DNA of 36,857 nt from a virus (IMGVR_UViG_2690316068_000008:1-36857), one strand, 5' to 3'. Positions 7,261 through 17,173 are shown, numbered from the stretch's first letter. Program-made: numbers and translations. Notes: generated by a model not told the origin, from the sequence alone.

Positions 7261-9671
7261 GTCATGACGATATGAGCAACTCTAGCGGCTTTAACGAGGC
7301 CGCTGCATCATTTTCATGGAACGGCCCGAAAAAGGCCATTAACCCTTATCTGGACCCGGCGGAATTTGCGCCGGAGTCTGCACTTTCAAACCTGATCACT
7401 CTGTATGCTGCCGATAACGAGCAGGAACAACTGCGCCGCGAGGCACTGAGTGAGCAGGTCTGGGAGCGTTATTTCTTTAATGAATCCCGTGATCCTGTCC
7501 AGCGCGAAATGGAGCAGGATAAGCTCATTAGCCGCGCAAAGCTTGCGCATGAGCAGCAGCTTTTTAACCCGGACATGGTCATTCTGGCAGATGTCAGCGC
7601 CCAGCCTACCCACATCAGCAAACCGCTGATGCAACGTATCGAATACTTCAGCAGCCTGGGCAGGCCAAAGGCTTATTCCCGCTATTTGCGTGAGACGATT
7701 AAGCCATGTCTGGAGCGACTGGATTGTGTACGCGACAGTCAGCTATCCGCTTCTTTCCGTTTTATGGCAAGCCATCAAGGGCTTGAGGGCCTGCTGATCC
7801 TGCCTGAAATGAGTCAGGATCAGGTAAAACGCCTGTCCACCCTGGTAGCTGCGCATATGAGCATGTGCCTTGATGCCGCTTGTGGCGATTTATATGCCAC
7901 CGATGACGTTAAGCCAGAAGAAATCCGCAAGACATGGGAAAAGGTGGCAGCGGAAACCCTGCGACTGGATGTTATCCCGCCTGCGTTTGAGCAACTCCGC
8001 CGGAAAAGAAACCGCCGCAAACCCGTGCCCTATGAACTCATACCGGGTTCGCTGGCACGTATGCTTTGCGCCGACTGGTGGTATCGAAAATTGTGGAAGA
8101 TGCGTTGCGAATGGCGGGAAGAGCAGTTGCGTGCTGTCTGCCTGGTCAGCAAAAAAGCATCTCCCTATGTCAGCTATGAAGCCGTGACGCATAAACGTGA
8201 GCAGCGCCGTAAGTCGCTGGAGTTTTTCCGTTCTCATGAACTGGTGAACGAAGACGGCGACACGCTGGATATGGAAGATGTGGTAAACGCCAGCAGCAGC
8301 AACCCGGCACATCGCCGCAATGAGATGATGGCCTGTGTTAAAGGTCTGGAGCTTATCGCAGAAATGCGTGGTGACTGCGCCGTTTTCTACACTATCACCT
8401 GTCCGTCACGTTTCCATTCCACGCTCAACAACGGCAGACCCAACCCGACCTGGACAAATGCGACGGTAAGACAAAGCAGCGATTATCTGGTCGGCATGTT
8501 TGCTGCATTTCGTAAGGCTATGCACAAAGCCGGGTTGCGCTGGTATGGCGTGCGGGTGGCTGAGCCGCACCATGACGGTACTGTGCACTGGCATCTCATG
8601 TGTTTCATGCGCAAAAAAGACCGCCGCGCCATTACTGCATTGTTGCGTAAGTTTGCCATCCGTGAAGACCGCGAGGAACTGGGTAATAACACTGGTCCAC
8701 GCTTTAAATCTGAGCTGATAAACCCACGCAAAGGAACACCGACAAGCTACATCGCGAAATACATCAGTAAGAACATTGACGGGCGTGGTCTGGCTGGCGA
8801 GATCAGCAAGGAAACGGGTAAATCCCTGCGTGATAATGCTGAATACGTTAATGCCTGGGCGTCTCTGCATCGTGTTCAGCAATTCCGCTTCTTTGGCATT
8901 CCGGGGCGTCAGGCTTACCGTGAACTGCGATTGCTGGCTGGTCAGGCGGCAAGGCAACAGGGGGACAAAAAAGCAGGTGCGCCGGTACTGGATAACCCGC
9001 GCCTTGATGCCATCCTGGCTGCTGCTGATGCAGGTTGTTTTGCCACCTACATCATGAAGCAGGGCGGCGTACTGGTTCCCCGCAAATATCACCTTATCAG
9101 AACAGCTTATGAAATTAACGAAGAGCCGACTGCTTATGGCGATCACGGTATTCGTATTTATGGCATCTGGTCACCCATTGTACAGGGCAAGATTTGCACT
9201 CATGCAGTGAAGTGGAAAATGGTTCGTAAGGCCGTTGACGTTCAGGAGGCGGCAGCCGACCAGGGCGCTTGCGCCCCTTGGACTCGTGGCAATAACTGTC
9301 CCCTTGCTGAAAATTTGTACCAACAAGGGAAAGACAAATCAGCTGATGGGGGCTCCAGAACGGACATTACCCGCATGGATGACAAGGAATTGCACGATTA
9401 CCTGCACAGTATGAGCAAAAAAGATCGCCGGGAGCTGGCAGCAAGGTTGCGCCTGGTGAAACCGAAACGGCGTAAAGACTACAAACAGCGAATTACAGAT
9501 CATCAGCATCAGCAGCTCGTCTATGAACTGAAGTCCAGAGGATTTGATGGCAGCGAGAAAGAAGTCGATTTGCTCCTTCGCGGTGGCAGTATTCCGTCAG
9601 GAGCAGGCTTGCGTATCTTCTATCGGAACCAGCGTTTGCGGGAAGATGATAAGTGGCGGAACCTGTATTAA
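7257..9671 (+). CDS. A: Replication initiation endonuclease gpA (rolling-circle initiator)
   Basis: 804-aa ORF, ATGA overlap with dam. Size and position match P2 gene A. Contains a histidine-rich [12 protein letters not shown] segment consistent with a rolling-circle initiator metal-binding motif. Confidence 0.8.
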   Translation: MSHDDMSNSSGFNEAAASFSWNGPKKAINPYLDPAEFAPESALSNLITLYAADNEQEQLRREALSEQVWERYFFNESRDPVQREMEQDKLISRAKLAHEQQLFNPDMVILADVSAQPTHISKPLMQRIEYFSSLGRPKAYSRYLRETIKPCLERLDCVRDSQLSASFRFMASHQGLEGLLILPEMSQDQVKRLSTLVAAHMSMCLDAACGDLYATDDVKPEEIRKTWEKVAAETLRLDVIPPAFEQLRRKRNRRKPVPYELIPGSLARMLCADWWYRKLWKMRCEWREEQLRAVCLVSKKASPYVSYEAVTHKREQRRKSLEFFRSHELVNEDGDTLDMEDVVNASSSNPAHRRNEMMACVKGLELIAEMRGDCAVFYTITCPSRFHSTLNNGRPNPTWTNATVRQSSDYLVGMFAAFRKAMHKAGLRWYGVRVAEPHHDGTVHWHLMCFMRKKDRRAITALLRKFAIREDREELGNNTGPRFKSELINPRKGTPTSYIAKYISKNIDGRGLAGEISKETGKSLRDNAEYVNAWASLHRVQQFRFFGIPGRQAYRELRLLAGQAARQQGDKKAGAPVLDNPRLDAILAAADAGCFATYIMKQGGVLVPRKYHLIRTAYEINEEPTAYGDHGIRIYGIWSPIVQGKICTHAVKWKMVRKAVDVQEAAADQGACAPWTRGNNCPLAENLYQQGKDKSADGGSRTDITRMDDKELHDYLHSMSKKDRRELAARLRLVKPKRRKDYKQRITDHQHQQLVYELKSRGFDGSEKEVDLLLRGGSIPSGAGLRIFYRNQRLREDDKWRNLY

Positions 9672-9766
9672 TTACGCGGGTTAACAATTCGTGCTCTTAA
9701 TAATACCAGGCATATCAGGCTGATGAACGTAAAAAAAACGTTTTACATCAGTAAGATTATTATATA

Positions 9767-9782
9767 CTGTAAATATAAACAG
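9767..9782 (+). promoter_or_regulatory. LexA box (CTGTAAATATAAACAG; CTGT-N8-ACAG)
   Basis: Exact match to the CTGT-N8-ACAG SOS-box pattern with an AT-rich core, about 45 bp upstream of the 9826 ORF and overlapping a TATACT -10-like hexamer. Confidence 0.5.
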
Positions 9783-9825
9783 TGGTTGTGTATACAGTAT
9801 TTCTTGTGGTGTCATAGGAGGAAAG

Positions 9826-10014
9826 ATGCAGGACTATTTTTTGGAGTCTTTGAAGCTCCAGCGCATTGATTTTTTTCTTAAGCTTGTAGCGGCTAGTGAG
9901 TGTAGTGATGAAGAGAAGGGGCTAGCTTTGCAGTGGGTTTCTGAACTAACAGATGAACTCATGGCAAAAATCAGAACCCACGAATACAACCGCTCAATGG
10001 ATGTCATCAGTTGA
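9826..10014 (+). CDS. Small hypothetical protein downstream of LexA box (possible Tum-like antirepressor component)
   Basis: 62-aa ORF with AGGAGG RBS 5 nt upstream of the ATG. Function inferred only from context. Confidence 0.35.
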   Translation: MQDYFLESLKLQRIDFFLKLVAASECSDEEKGLALQWVSELTDELMAKIRTHEYNRSMDVIS

Positions 10015-10024
10015 GGTGACTTTT

Positions 10025-10258
10025 ATGCGCATTGAAATAATGATCGATAAAGAGCAGAAGATTAGCCAGTCTATCCTGGACGCCCTTGAATCCGAGCTTT
10101 ACCGCAATCTGCGCCCCCTGTATCCCAAAACGGTAATTCGTATCCGCAAAGGTAGCTCTAACGGTGTGGAACTGACCGGACTGCAACTGGACGAAGAAAG
10201 AAAACAAGTGATGAAAATTATGCAGAAAGTGTGGGAAGACGACAGCTGGCTGCATTAA
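10025..10258 (+). CDS. DinI-like protein
   Basis: 78 aa from ATG 10025 (RBS GAGGTG): MRIEIMIDKEQKISQSILDALESELYRNLRPLYP...VWEDDSWL. Resembles E. coli DinI in length, MRIE start and acidic/Trp C-terminus. Confidence 0.65.
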   Translation: MRIEIMIDKEQKISQSILDALESELYRNLRPLYPKTVIRIRKGSSNGVELTGLQLDEERKQVMKIMQKVWEDDSWLH

Positions 10259-10632
10259 GAAACGTTGCTGGCGTCTGAACTTGCTTCTGGCGCCAGCAAG
10301 GTTGAACAACGAGCCGTGCGAGGCGTTAGCTCTGTGGTGCATGTCTATGCCGCATGAGATCGCATGATCGTTTGAGGATCGTTTTTGCTAAGGCCCGCCA
10401 GAACTGTCGGGCTTTTGCGTAGATCATGCAGGTGCATGAAAACCACTACATAAAGCGGGCAGGCGTGGCGGGGATACGAGCGCGCGCTAAGTCATATAAG
10501 AGTTATATATTGATTTGATTGCTGGACATGCATACAGTATCGCTCTATCATCTAATAAATCTTAGAGTATTTGACAATGTTTGGATAAAATAGAACCTAA
10601 CTTATTCATAATCCGCTAAACAGGGATGTCAG

Positions 10633-11547
10633 ATGCCATACCAATTGGTAGAGCTTAGCCCCGTAGCTAACGATCTTGAACAGTTAGGAACCAAAGAGAA
10701 GTTTTGGTTCTATTTCTCCGATGACACTGTAAATTTGCAGTTGTTTAAGTACTCTAGGCCAGGTACTGGCGAGCATTGGTCTGAAAAGTGTGCTGCTGAG
10801 TTATGTCATTTGCTTAACATTCCACATGCTAGCTATGATTTGGCGCGATACAATGGTCGATTCGGTGTGGTGACTCAGAATATCATTCCATCTGGTTTCC
10901 GGATGGTAATGGGAAATGAAGTGCTTCACAGTTCGACATTCGATTATCCTGGGCCTTTACAAGCCGGGGAAAAGCCGGTAAGGGTCAGAGAACACACTGT
11001 CACAAGGGTATTGGGTTGTTTAGATAGGGAATCTATCAAGCCTCCTCCGAGTGTATATGATCTAACCGGGCTAAATGCAGCAGATGTATTTTGTGGATAT
11101 TTGATGCTCGATGCACTTGTGAGTAATCAAGATCGCCATCATGAAAATTGGGCGATCATGCTTAACAATGAAACTGGTGAGCAGTTTTTGTGTCCAACAT
11201 ACGATCATGCCGCTAGTTTAGGAAGGGAGATGTTAGATGATGAGCGTAACGAACGGCTTAATACTAAAGATAAAAATCGACAAATCCCATGTTTTGTAAG
11301 AAAAGCTCGCTCTGAGCTATTCAAAGCAAAAACTGATAAAAAGCCCTTGCTGACCGTTGAAGCATTTCAACATGCAGTTGAAGGGAGAGTTGCCGCTCGC
11401 GACCATTGGTTAGGTAAGTTGAGCGTTTTAACAGAAGATTCCATTACAGATGTGTTTAACCAAGTGCCTTCATCGTGTATATCCGACAGTGCACGTAGAT
11501 TTGCAACGTTAATGGTAATGGAAAATCGCAGAAGGTTACTAGAATGA
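10633..11547 (+). CDS. HipA-like Ser/Thr kinase (short, kinase domain only; cargo gene 1)
   Basis: 304 aa. Motifs LGTKEKF, SNQDRHHENW and LCPTYDHA line up with HipA ATP-binding, catalytic-loop and Mg-binding motifs as I recall them. AT-rich; RBS AGGGA upstream. Confidence 0.6.
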   Translation: MPYQLVELSPVANDLEQLGTKEKFWFYFSDDTVNLQLFKYSRPGTGEHWSEKCAAELCHLLNIPHASYDLARYNGRFGVVTQNIIPSGFRMVMGNEVLHSSTFDYPGPLQAGEKPVRVREHTVTRVLGCLDRESIKPPPSVYDLTGLNAADVFCGYLMLDALVSNQDRHHENWAIMLNNETGEQFLCPTYDHAASLGREMLDDERNERLNTKDKNRQIPCFVRKARSELFKAKTDKKPLLTVEAFQHAVEGRVAARDHWLGKLSVLTEDSITDVFNQVPSSCISDSARRFATLMVMENRRRLLE

Positions 11548-12284
11548 CTAATACAAACTCCGTTTACGTCGCATGGCAGGCACCAGATACCAGAGACTGG
11601 CATGTTGTTGGTAACTTGCAAGAGCGCAAATCGGGGTATGTTTTCAGGTATACCAAAGGTGCTCTTAAATCTACTAAATTTACAAAGTTTAGCGGCATGA
11701 GTGATGTTCGTGAAACTTATGTTTCGGAAGAATTGTTTCCTCTTTTTAAAAATCGCCTTTTATCACCGAGACGTCCAGAGTATCCGAGTTTCATTAAATG
11801 GCTTGGATTTGAAGAAGATAAGGTAAATCCTATCGATATTCTTGCTCGCTCGGGAGGCTTACGAAGCACTGATCAGCTGCAGATTTTCAAAAAAATTGAT
11901 GTTGATTCTGATGGTAACTTTGAGCATTTTTTCTTCTTACATGGACTTGGTTACTTAAATAGCTTAGCTAATGCTCGTGTATCTGAATTGAAACCGGGGC
12001 AAATTTTGCGTCTTTGCTTGGATCTTCAAAATGAATACGATGGGGATGCTGTTGTCGTTCGTGCAGATAAACCAGCTGAAATCGTTGGTTACTGCCCTAG
12101 GTATTTAAGTAATGATATCAAGAAGATGTTATTGGATGATCCAAAATCAATCACTTTAACGGTCGAAAAGATTAGCGATGATGCTCCTCATAACTATCGG
12201 TTATTATGTAAATTATCAGGAGTACTAAGCCAAGCCTGTCAATCGACGCTGATTCCTCAGGATGAGTTTGAACCTATTGAGTAA
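11544..12284 (+). CDS. HipA N-terminal-subdomain-like (HipS-like) protein fused to a HIRAN-like C-terminal domain (cargo gene 2)
   Basis: 246 aa, ATGA overlap with gene 1. N-terminal segments VVGNLQERKSGYVFRY, LFPLFKNRLLSP and NPIDILARSGGLRS resemble the HipA N-subdomain. C-terminal NEYDGDAVVVRADKPAEIVGYCPRYLS resembles the HIRAN core. Confidence 0.5.
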   Translation: MTNTNSVYVAWQAPDTRDWHVVGNLQERKSGYVFRYTKGALKSTKFTKFSGMSDVRETYVSEELFPLFKNRLLSPRRPEYPSFIKWLGFEEDKVNPIDILARSGGLRSTDQLQIFKKIDVDSDGNFEHFFFLHGLGYLNSLANARVSELKPGQILRLCLDLQNEYDGDAVVVRADKPAEIVGYCPRYLSNDIKKMLLDDPKSITLTVEKISDDAPHNYRLLCKLSGVLSQACQSTLIPQDEFEPIE

Positions 12285-12288
12285 ATGA

Positions 12289-12316
12289 AGAAAAGCCACC
12301 AAACGGTGGCTTTTCT
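12289..12316. terminator. Bidirectional rho-independent terminator between convergent cargo operon and Q
   Basis: AAAAGCCACC-aaac-GGTGGCTTTT: 8-bp GC-rich stem, 4-nt loop, A-run upstream and T-run downstream. Confidence 0.55.
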
Positions 12317-12318
12317 TA

Positions 12319-13359
12319 TTATGGGACTATATCTAGCGAGTAGGTATTAAACTGTATCGCCTCCTTGCCAAGCCAATCATTCATCTCCTGTAATCGCTTT
12401 TGTAGTGGCATTAGCTCATTTCGGACGAATACACGGCTTGCCTTCTCCACATCCCCAAACCCCCCAACATTATTCGGCATAATCCCCATCATTTGCGGCG
12501 GCACACGATGCGCCGCCATCATGTCGTCCCGGCTTACGTTCTTGATGTTCAGAAACTCATCCTTTGCCGCCACTTCTGACAGCGGGATGATCTGAAGCCC
12601 GTCTTTTTTGCCGTTAGGCGAGTACATAAACAGGTTGCGGAAGTTGCCCGGACCTTTGGCGCTTTTCATCGCGTTGCGGAGGTTGTTCACATCCTCCTGG
12701 TTCTGAGCGGCATCGGTCATGTACATTATGAATCCTGCATGGCTGCCATTAATATAATATTTGCGTCGGAACAGCGTGGCGGACTCGTTGAGCAGGGCTG
12801 ACGGAATGGCAGAAAGATAGCCGGGCAGGCCGTAGATCTCCTGGTTGATATCGGGTTCCATCAGATGAAAGATGCTGCCTTTCGTGAACTGATACGGCTG
12901 GGTTGTCATACCGTATTGCACAAACCAGTAGGTATCCAGGTCTAACCCGCGTCGGGTGTATTTTGCCAGAGCAGGCTCAAGGGCGATAATTTCACCGAAC
13001 CGGTTCGTGCGTTTCTCCAGGTAGGCGTTACCAAATACCAGATAGTCCTGCACAAAACGTGAAAAAGCCTGCTGGCTGAGCAGCGGGTGAGGGATGTAGG
13101 TGCTGGTCAGAATGTTGCATTTCACCGCAATCGGTGAGCTATGATGCACGGCGGCGCGGAAGGTTCGCGCCAGTCCGTCGAAACTCACTGGTGGCTCATA
13201 CCAGCGGTCCATCTGTACGCATTCCACATAGTCCAGTAATTCGCGGCGGTCCAGAACAGGAACGGGATCGCCGAAGCTGAATGCTTCGGCTGAAGTCTGG
13301 CTTTTATGCTGGATCTGATTCATCGCCGCTGCGCGGTTTTTCTTACGCTTTCCCATCAA
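12319..13359 (-). CDS. Q: Portal protein gpQ
   Basis: 346-aa ORF, size and position as for P2 Q, convergent with the cargo operon and overlapping the P stop. Confidence 0.85.
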   Translation of the reverse strand: MMGKRKKNRAAAMNQIQHKSQTSAEAFSFGDPVPVLDRRELLDYVECVQMDRWYEPPVSFDGLARTFRAAVHHSSPIAVKCNILTSTYIPHPLLSQQAFSRFVQDYLVFGNAYLEKRTNRFGEIIALEPALAKYTRRGLDLDTYWFVQYGMTTQPYQFTKGSIFHLMEPDINQEIYGLPGYLSAIPSALLNESATLFRRKYYINGSHAGFIMYMTDAAQNQEDVNNLRNAMKSAKGPGNFRNLFMYSPNGKKDGLQIIPLSEVAAKDEFLNIKNVSRDDMMAAHRVPPQMMGIMPNNVGGFGDVEKASRVFVRNELMPLQKRLQEMNDWLGKEAIQFNTYSLDIVP

Positions 13360-15122
13360 AAAATCTCCACAATATTACTGGTATTGGCGGACTCGCCTTG
13401 CAGTGGTTCGTTAAACAGTGCGTGCATTGTTGCCCAGGCCAGATCGGCGTGGCTGGCTTCTTCGCTGCGGCTGGCTTCATAGGTCGGGCGGTTGCCACTG
13501 GCGGTGGTGGCGCGACGGATTGCCATAAATGACTGCGCTATGTCGGTGTGTCCGGCGTCAAACTCCAGACGGCGGTGGCTGATAATGTCGTAGGCCTTGA
13601 GTACCAGAGCGTTTTTAACGTTGGGGTTGTAGACAAACTCCCGGACGGCAGGAAAGAACGCTTTCACGTTCTCATAAACCCCGTGACCGACGCCTGTCGA
13701 GTCAATGCCGATATAGGTCACGTTGTACTGCTCGGTCAGTTTTTTGATTGCATCAGCCTGGGCGCGGAAGTCCATCCCGCGCCACTGGTGACGCTCAAGA
13801 ATGCGAAACTTACCGCCTGGCACGGCTGGCGGTGCCACCACCACGCATCCGGCGCTGTCGCCGTTCTGCGTACCTTTTGCCGGGTCATAACCGATCCACA
13901 CCTCGCGCCAGCCAAACGGGCGCAGGGCCAGTGCATGAAAGTCGGTCCAGACTTCCCAACTGTCCACCATGCACGCCTGCAGTTCGCTGAGCGGGAACAC
14001 GGACGCGAGATCGTCCACGAACTCGCACATCAGCAGGTTCTGGTATTCGTCCGGGCTGTACTCCATGCGTAGCTGGTCGAGGTCGAACAGGTTACAGCCG
14101 CCGCGCACCGCATCTTCCACGGTGACTATCTGGCGGTATTGCCCGTCTGCGCACAGCAAGCCGGGGGCCAGATTGTTGTGGGACAGGTCGATGTCCACCT
14201 TATCGGCTTTGTTGCGCCCACGGTTAAACAGCGCACCGGACCAGAACGGATAAGCACTGTGTGTCAGGCTGGATGGCGTGGAAAAATAGGTTTGTCGCCA
14301 TTTTTTGTGAATAGCCATACCGGAAGCCACTTTGCGCAGCTCCTGGAATTTCGGTATCCAGAAATATTCATCCAGATACAGGTTGCCGTGGTAACTCTGG
14401 GCCGTGCGGGCATTGGTACCGAGGAAGTAAAGCGTGGCCCCGTTGGGAAGCACCATCGGATCGCCTTTCAGCTCCACCTCCACTTCTTTGGCGAAGTCGA
14501 TGATGTACTGTTTAAAGACGTGGGCCTGTGCCTTACTGGCGGAAAGGAAAATCTGGTTACGTCCGGTAAGCAGGGCGTCAATCAGGGCTTCACGGGCAAA
14601 GTAAAAGGTCGCGCCGATCTGGCGTGACTTCAGCAGGTTGCGGATGCGGTTGGTTTTTCCGGCTTCCCACCAGTGGCGCTGGTAGTTGAACATGGAGGAA
14701 TGGAAAATTTCTTCCAGCTTCTCAATCTGTTCATCGGTGAAAACGTTCTTTTCCGGCTGACGGCGTGGGCCTTTGTTGCGGTTGGCGACGTTAGGGTTTA
14801 AGTCGGCTTCGTTGCCGCCATTGTTAAACTTGCCGATCCGCGCGTGGCGTTCCGACTGGCGCGCCAGCAGGTCAATCTCTTTGAAATCTTTCCCTTCTTT
14901 GTGCTCCTTCATAATGAGCTGGCAGTAGCGTGCGGCGGTGGTGAGCTGCATCTGATCCAGCGGCCCATAGTCACCCCACTTGTCGCGTTTTTTCCAGCTG
15001 TGAACGGTTGCAACTTTCTCGCCCAGCATTTCAGCAATGCGGGCTACGCGGTATCCCTGAAAGTACAGCAGCATGGCCTGCCGACGGGGATCGAGATCTG
15101 CGGGTGTCAGTGTGGTGTTCAT
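13356..15122 (-). CDS. P: Terminase large (ATPase) subunit gpP
   Basis: 588-aa ORF upstream of Q on the same strand, divergent from O. Size matches P2 P. Confidence 0.85.
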   Translation of the reverse strand: MNTTLTPADLDPRRQAMLLYFQGYRVARIAEMLGEKVATVHSWKKRDKWGDYGPLDQMQLTTAARYCQLIMKEHKEGKDFKEIDLLARQSERHARIGKFNNGGNEADLNPNVANRNKGPRRQPEKNVFTDEQIEKLEEIFHSSMFNYQRHWWEAGKTNRIRNLLKSRQIGATFYFAREALIDALLTGRNQIFLSASKAQAHVFKQYIIDFAKEVEVELKGDPMVLPNGATLYFLGTNARTAQSYHGNLYLDEYFWIPKFQELRKVASGMAIHKKWRQTYFSTPSSLTHSAYPFWSGALFNRGRNKADKVDIDLSHNNLAPGLLCADGQYRQIVTVEDAVRGGCNLFDLDQLRMEYSPDEYQNLLMCEFVDDLASVFPLSELQACMVDSWEVWTDFHALALRPFGWREVWIGYDPAKGTQNGDSAGCVVVAPPAVPGGKFRILERHQWRGMDFRAQADAIKKLTEQYNVTYIGIDSTGVGHGVYENVKAFFPAVREFVYNPNVKNALVLKAYDIISHRRLEFDAGHTDIAQSFMAIRRATTASGNRPTYEASRSEEASHADLAWATMHALFNEPLQGESANTSNIVEIF

Positions 15123-15168
15123 GGCACAAACCTACAGCCTTGAATGAAGGCTTTCCCCGCCTGCGGTT

Positions 15169-15186
15169 TGTGTGGTTGTCGGTACA
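15169..15186. promoter_or_regulatory. Ogr/Delta-type late-promoter activator site (TGT-N12-ACA) in divergent P/O promoter region
   Basis: TGTgtggttgtcggtACA in the P-O intergenic region. Confidence 0.4.
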
Positions 15187-15264
15187 AATACCGCGCATTG
15201 TTTCACTGCCCCCATCACCGCAACCATAAGGCTCCAGTAAGTTTTTTCTAACGGAGCACGGCTC

Positions 15265-16098
15265 ATGACAGTGAAAGCAAAGCGTTTTCGCATCGGGGTG
15301 GAAGGTGCCACCACCGACGGACGCGAAATCCAGCGTGAATGGCTGGAACAGATGGCAGCCAGCTACAACCCGGCGGTGTACACCGCGCTGATTAACCTTG
15401 AGCACATCAAGTCTTATCTGCCGGAAAGCACCTTTAACCGCTACGGCAAGGTGACGGCGCTGTTTGCTGAAGAAATCACGGAAGGTCCGCTGGCAGGCAA
15501 GATGGCGCTGTATGCCGACGTTGAGCCAACGGAGTCCCTGGTGGAACTGGTGAAAAAAGGCCAAAAATTATTCACCTCTATGGAAGTCAGCCCGAAGTTC
15601 GCTGATACGGGCAAAGCCTACCTGGTTGGCCTGGCCGCCACTGATGATCCAGCCAGTCTGGGTACGGAAATGCTGACATTCAGCGCCAGTGCAGCCCATA
15701 ACCCGCTGGCAAACCGCAAGCAGAATCCCGCCAATCTTTTTACCGCTGCAGAGGAAACGGTGATCGAACTGGAAGAAATCCAGGATGACAAACCGTCCCT
15801 GTTTGCCCGTGTCACGGCGCTGTTCACCAAAAAAGAGCAGTCCGACGATGCCCGGTTCTCTGATGTGCATAAGGCCGTGGAGCTGGTCGTCACTGAGCAG
15901 CAGAACCTGAGCGCACGCACCGAAAAATCCCTGTCTGAGCAGGAAGAACGCCTGTCTGAGATGGAGACTACCTTGCAGGCACAACAAGCCGCCTTTAACG
16001 AACTGGTGGATAAGCTGAGTCATGAAGACAGCCGCCAGGACTACCGCCAGCGTGCAACAGGCGGTAACGCCCCCGCTGACACTCTGACCAATTGCTGA
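15265..16098 (+). CDS. O: Capsid scaffolding protein gpO
   Basis: 277 aa, first gene of the rightward head operon. Size and position as for P2 O. Confidence 0.8.
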   Translation: MTVKAKRFRIGVEGATTDGREIQREWLEQMAASYNPAVYTALINLEHIKSYLPESTFNRYGKVTALFAEEITEGPLAGKMALYADVEPTESLVELVKKGQKLFTSMEVSPKFADTGKAYLVGLAATDDPASLGTEMLTFSASAAHNPLANRKQNPANLFTAAEETVIELEEIQDDKPSLFARVTALFTKKEQSDDARFSDVHKAVELVVTEQQNLSARTEKSLSEQEERLSEMETTLQAQQAAFNELVDKLSHEDSRQDYRQRATGGNAPADTLTNC

Positions 16099-16114
16099 TG
16101 GAGCACAAAACCTG

Positions 16115-17173
16115 ATGAAGAAGAATACCCGCTTTGCTTTTAACGCTTACCTGCAGCAGCTGGCGCGTCTGAACGGTGTGGCAGTTGAAGAACTGTCCAG
16201 CAAGTTCACCGTGGAGCCGTCTGTACAGCAGACGCTGGAAGACCAGATCCAGCAGTCCGCCGCTTTCCTGACGCTGATTAACGTCACGCCAGTGACTGAG
16301 CAGTCCGGTCAGCTGCTGGGGTTGGGTGTTGGTAGCACCATTGCCGGAACCACTGACACCACCGCGAAAGAGCGTGAACCTGTCGATCCTACGCTGATGG
16401 TCGATGTGGAATACAAATGCGAGCAGACCAACTTTGACACGGTACTGACCTACGCGAAGCTGGACCTGTGGGCGAAGTTTCAGGATTTCCAGGTGCGTAT
16501 CCGTGACGCCATCGTGAAACGTCAGGCACTGGACCGCATCATGATCGGCTTTAACGGCGTAAAGCGTGCGAAAACCTCCAACCGTAGCGAAAACCCGCTG
16601 CTGCAGGATGTGAATAAAGGCTGGCTGCAGAAAATCCGTGAGGATGCACCGGATCACGTCATGGGCAGCACCACCACGGGCGGTGAAACCACACCGGGTG
16701 CGGTGAAAGTCGGGAAAGGTGGCGAATATGCCAACCTGGACGCCGTGGTGATGGATGCCGTCAATGAGCTTATCGACGTGGTCTACCAGGACGATGACGA
16801 TCTGGTGGTGATTTGCGGGCGTGAACTGCTGTCTGACAAGTATTTCCCGCTGGTCAACAAAGAGCAGGAAAACAGTGAAAAACTGGCTGCCGATATGATC
16901 ATCAGTCAGAAGCGCATGGGGGGCCTGCAGGCCGTGCGTGCGCCGTTCTTCCCGCCGAATGCACTGCTGATCACCCGTCTGGATAACCTGTCCATCTACT
17001 GGCAGGAAGACACCCGCCGCCGTTCAGTTATCGACAACCCGAAACGTGACCGGATTGAAAACTTTGAATCTGTTAACGAAGCCTATGTGGTTGAGGACTA
17101 CCGCTGCGCTGCACTGGTGGAAAACATCCAGATTGGCGATTTCAGCGCCGCCGTAGCAGAAGCCGGAGCGTAA
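16115..17173 (+). CDS. N: Major capsid protein gpN
   Basis: 352 aa. N-terminus MKKNTRFAFNAYLQQLARLNG...KFTVEPSVQQTL closely resembles P2 gpN as recalled. Confidence 0.85.
   Translation: MKKNTRFAFNAYLQQLARLNGVAVEELSSKFTVEPSVQQTLEDQIQQSAAFLTLINVTPVTEQSGQLLGLGVGSTIAGTTDTTAKEREPVDPTLMVDVEYKCEQTNFDTVLTYAKLDLWAKFQDFQVRIRDAIVKRQALDRIMIGFNGVKRAKTSNRSENPLLQDVNKGWLQKIREDAPDHVMGSTTTGGETTPGAVKVGKGGEYANLDAVVMDAVNELIDVVYQDDDDLVVICGRELLSDKYFPLVNKEQENSEKLAADMIISQKRMGGLQAVRAPFFPPNALLITRLDNLSIYWQEDTRRRSVIDNPKRDRIENFESVNEAYVVEDYRCAALVENIQIGDFSAAVAEAGA

Noticed and set aside
8406-9146. 246-aa minus-strand ORF inside replication gene A, plus several other long antisense ORFs such as 15995..16657, 30544..31314, 32406..33056 and 23986..24567
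   Set aside because: They lie entirely within well-supported, relatively GC-rich phage genes on the opposite strand, have low-complexity Arg/Ser/Cys-rich translations and no plausible start context. They are typical shadow ORFs.
10264-10300. Inverted repeat TTGCTGGCG...CGCCAGCAA after the DinI-like gene as a terminator
   Set aside because: The loop is long (about 17 nt) and there is no downstream T-run; left as an unassigned dyad.
12285-12320. cos site expected between the cargo operon and Q
   Set aside because: P2 cos lies near the Q end of the genome, but the short Q-cargo intergenic region here is fully accounted for by a terminator hairpin and I could not recognise the P2 cohesive-end sequence by eye. 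It may lie within adjacent sequence; not called.
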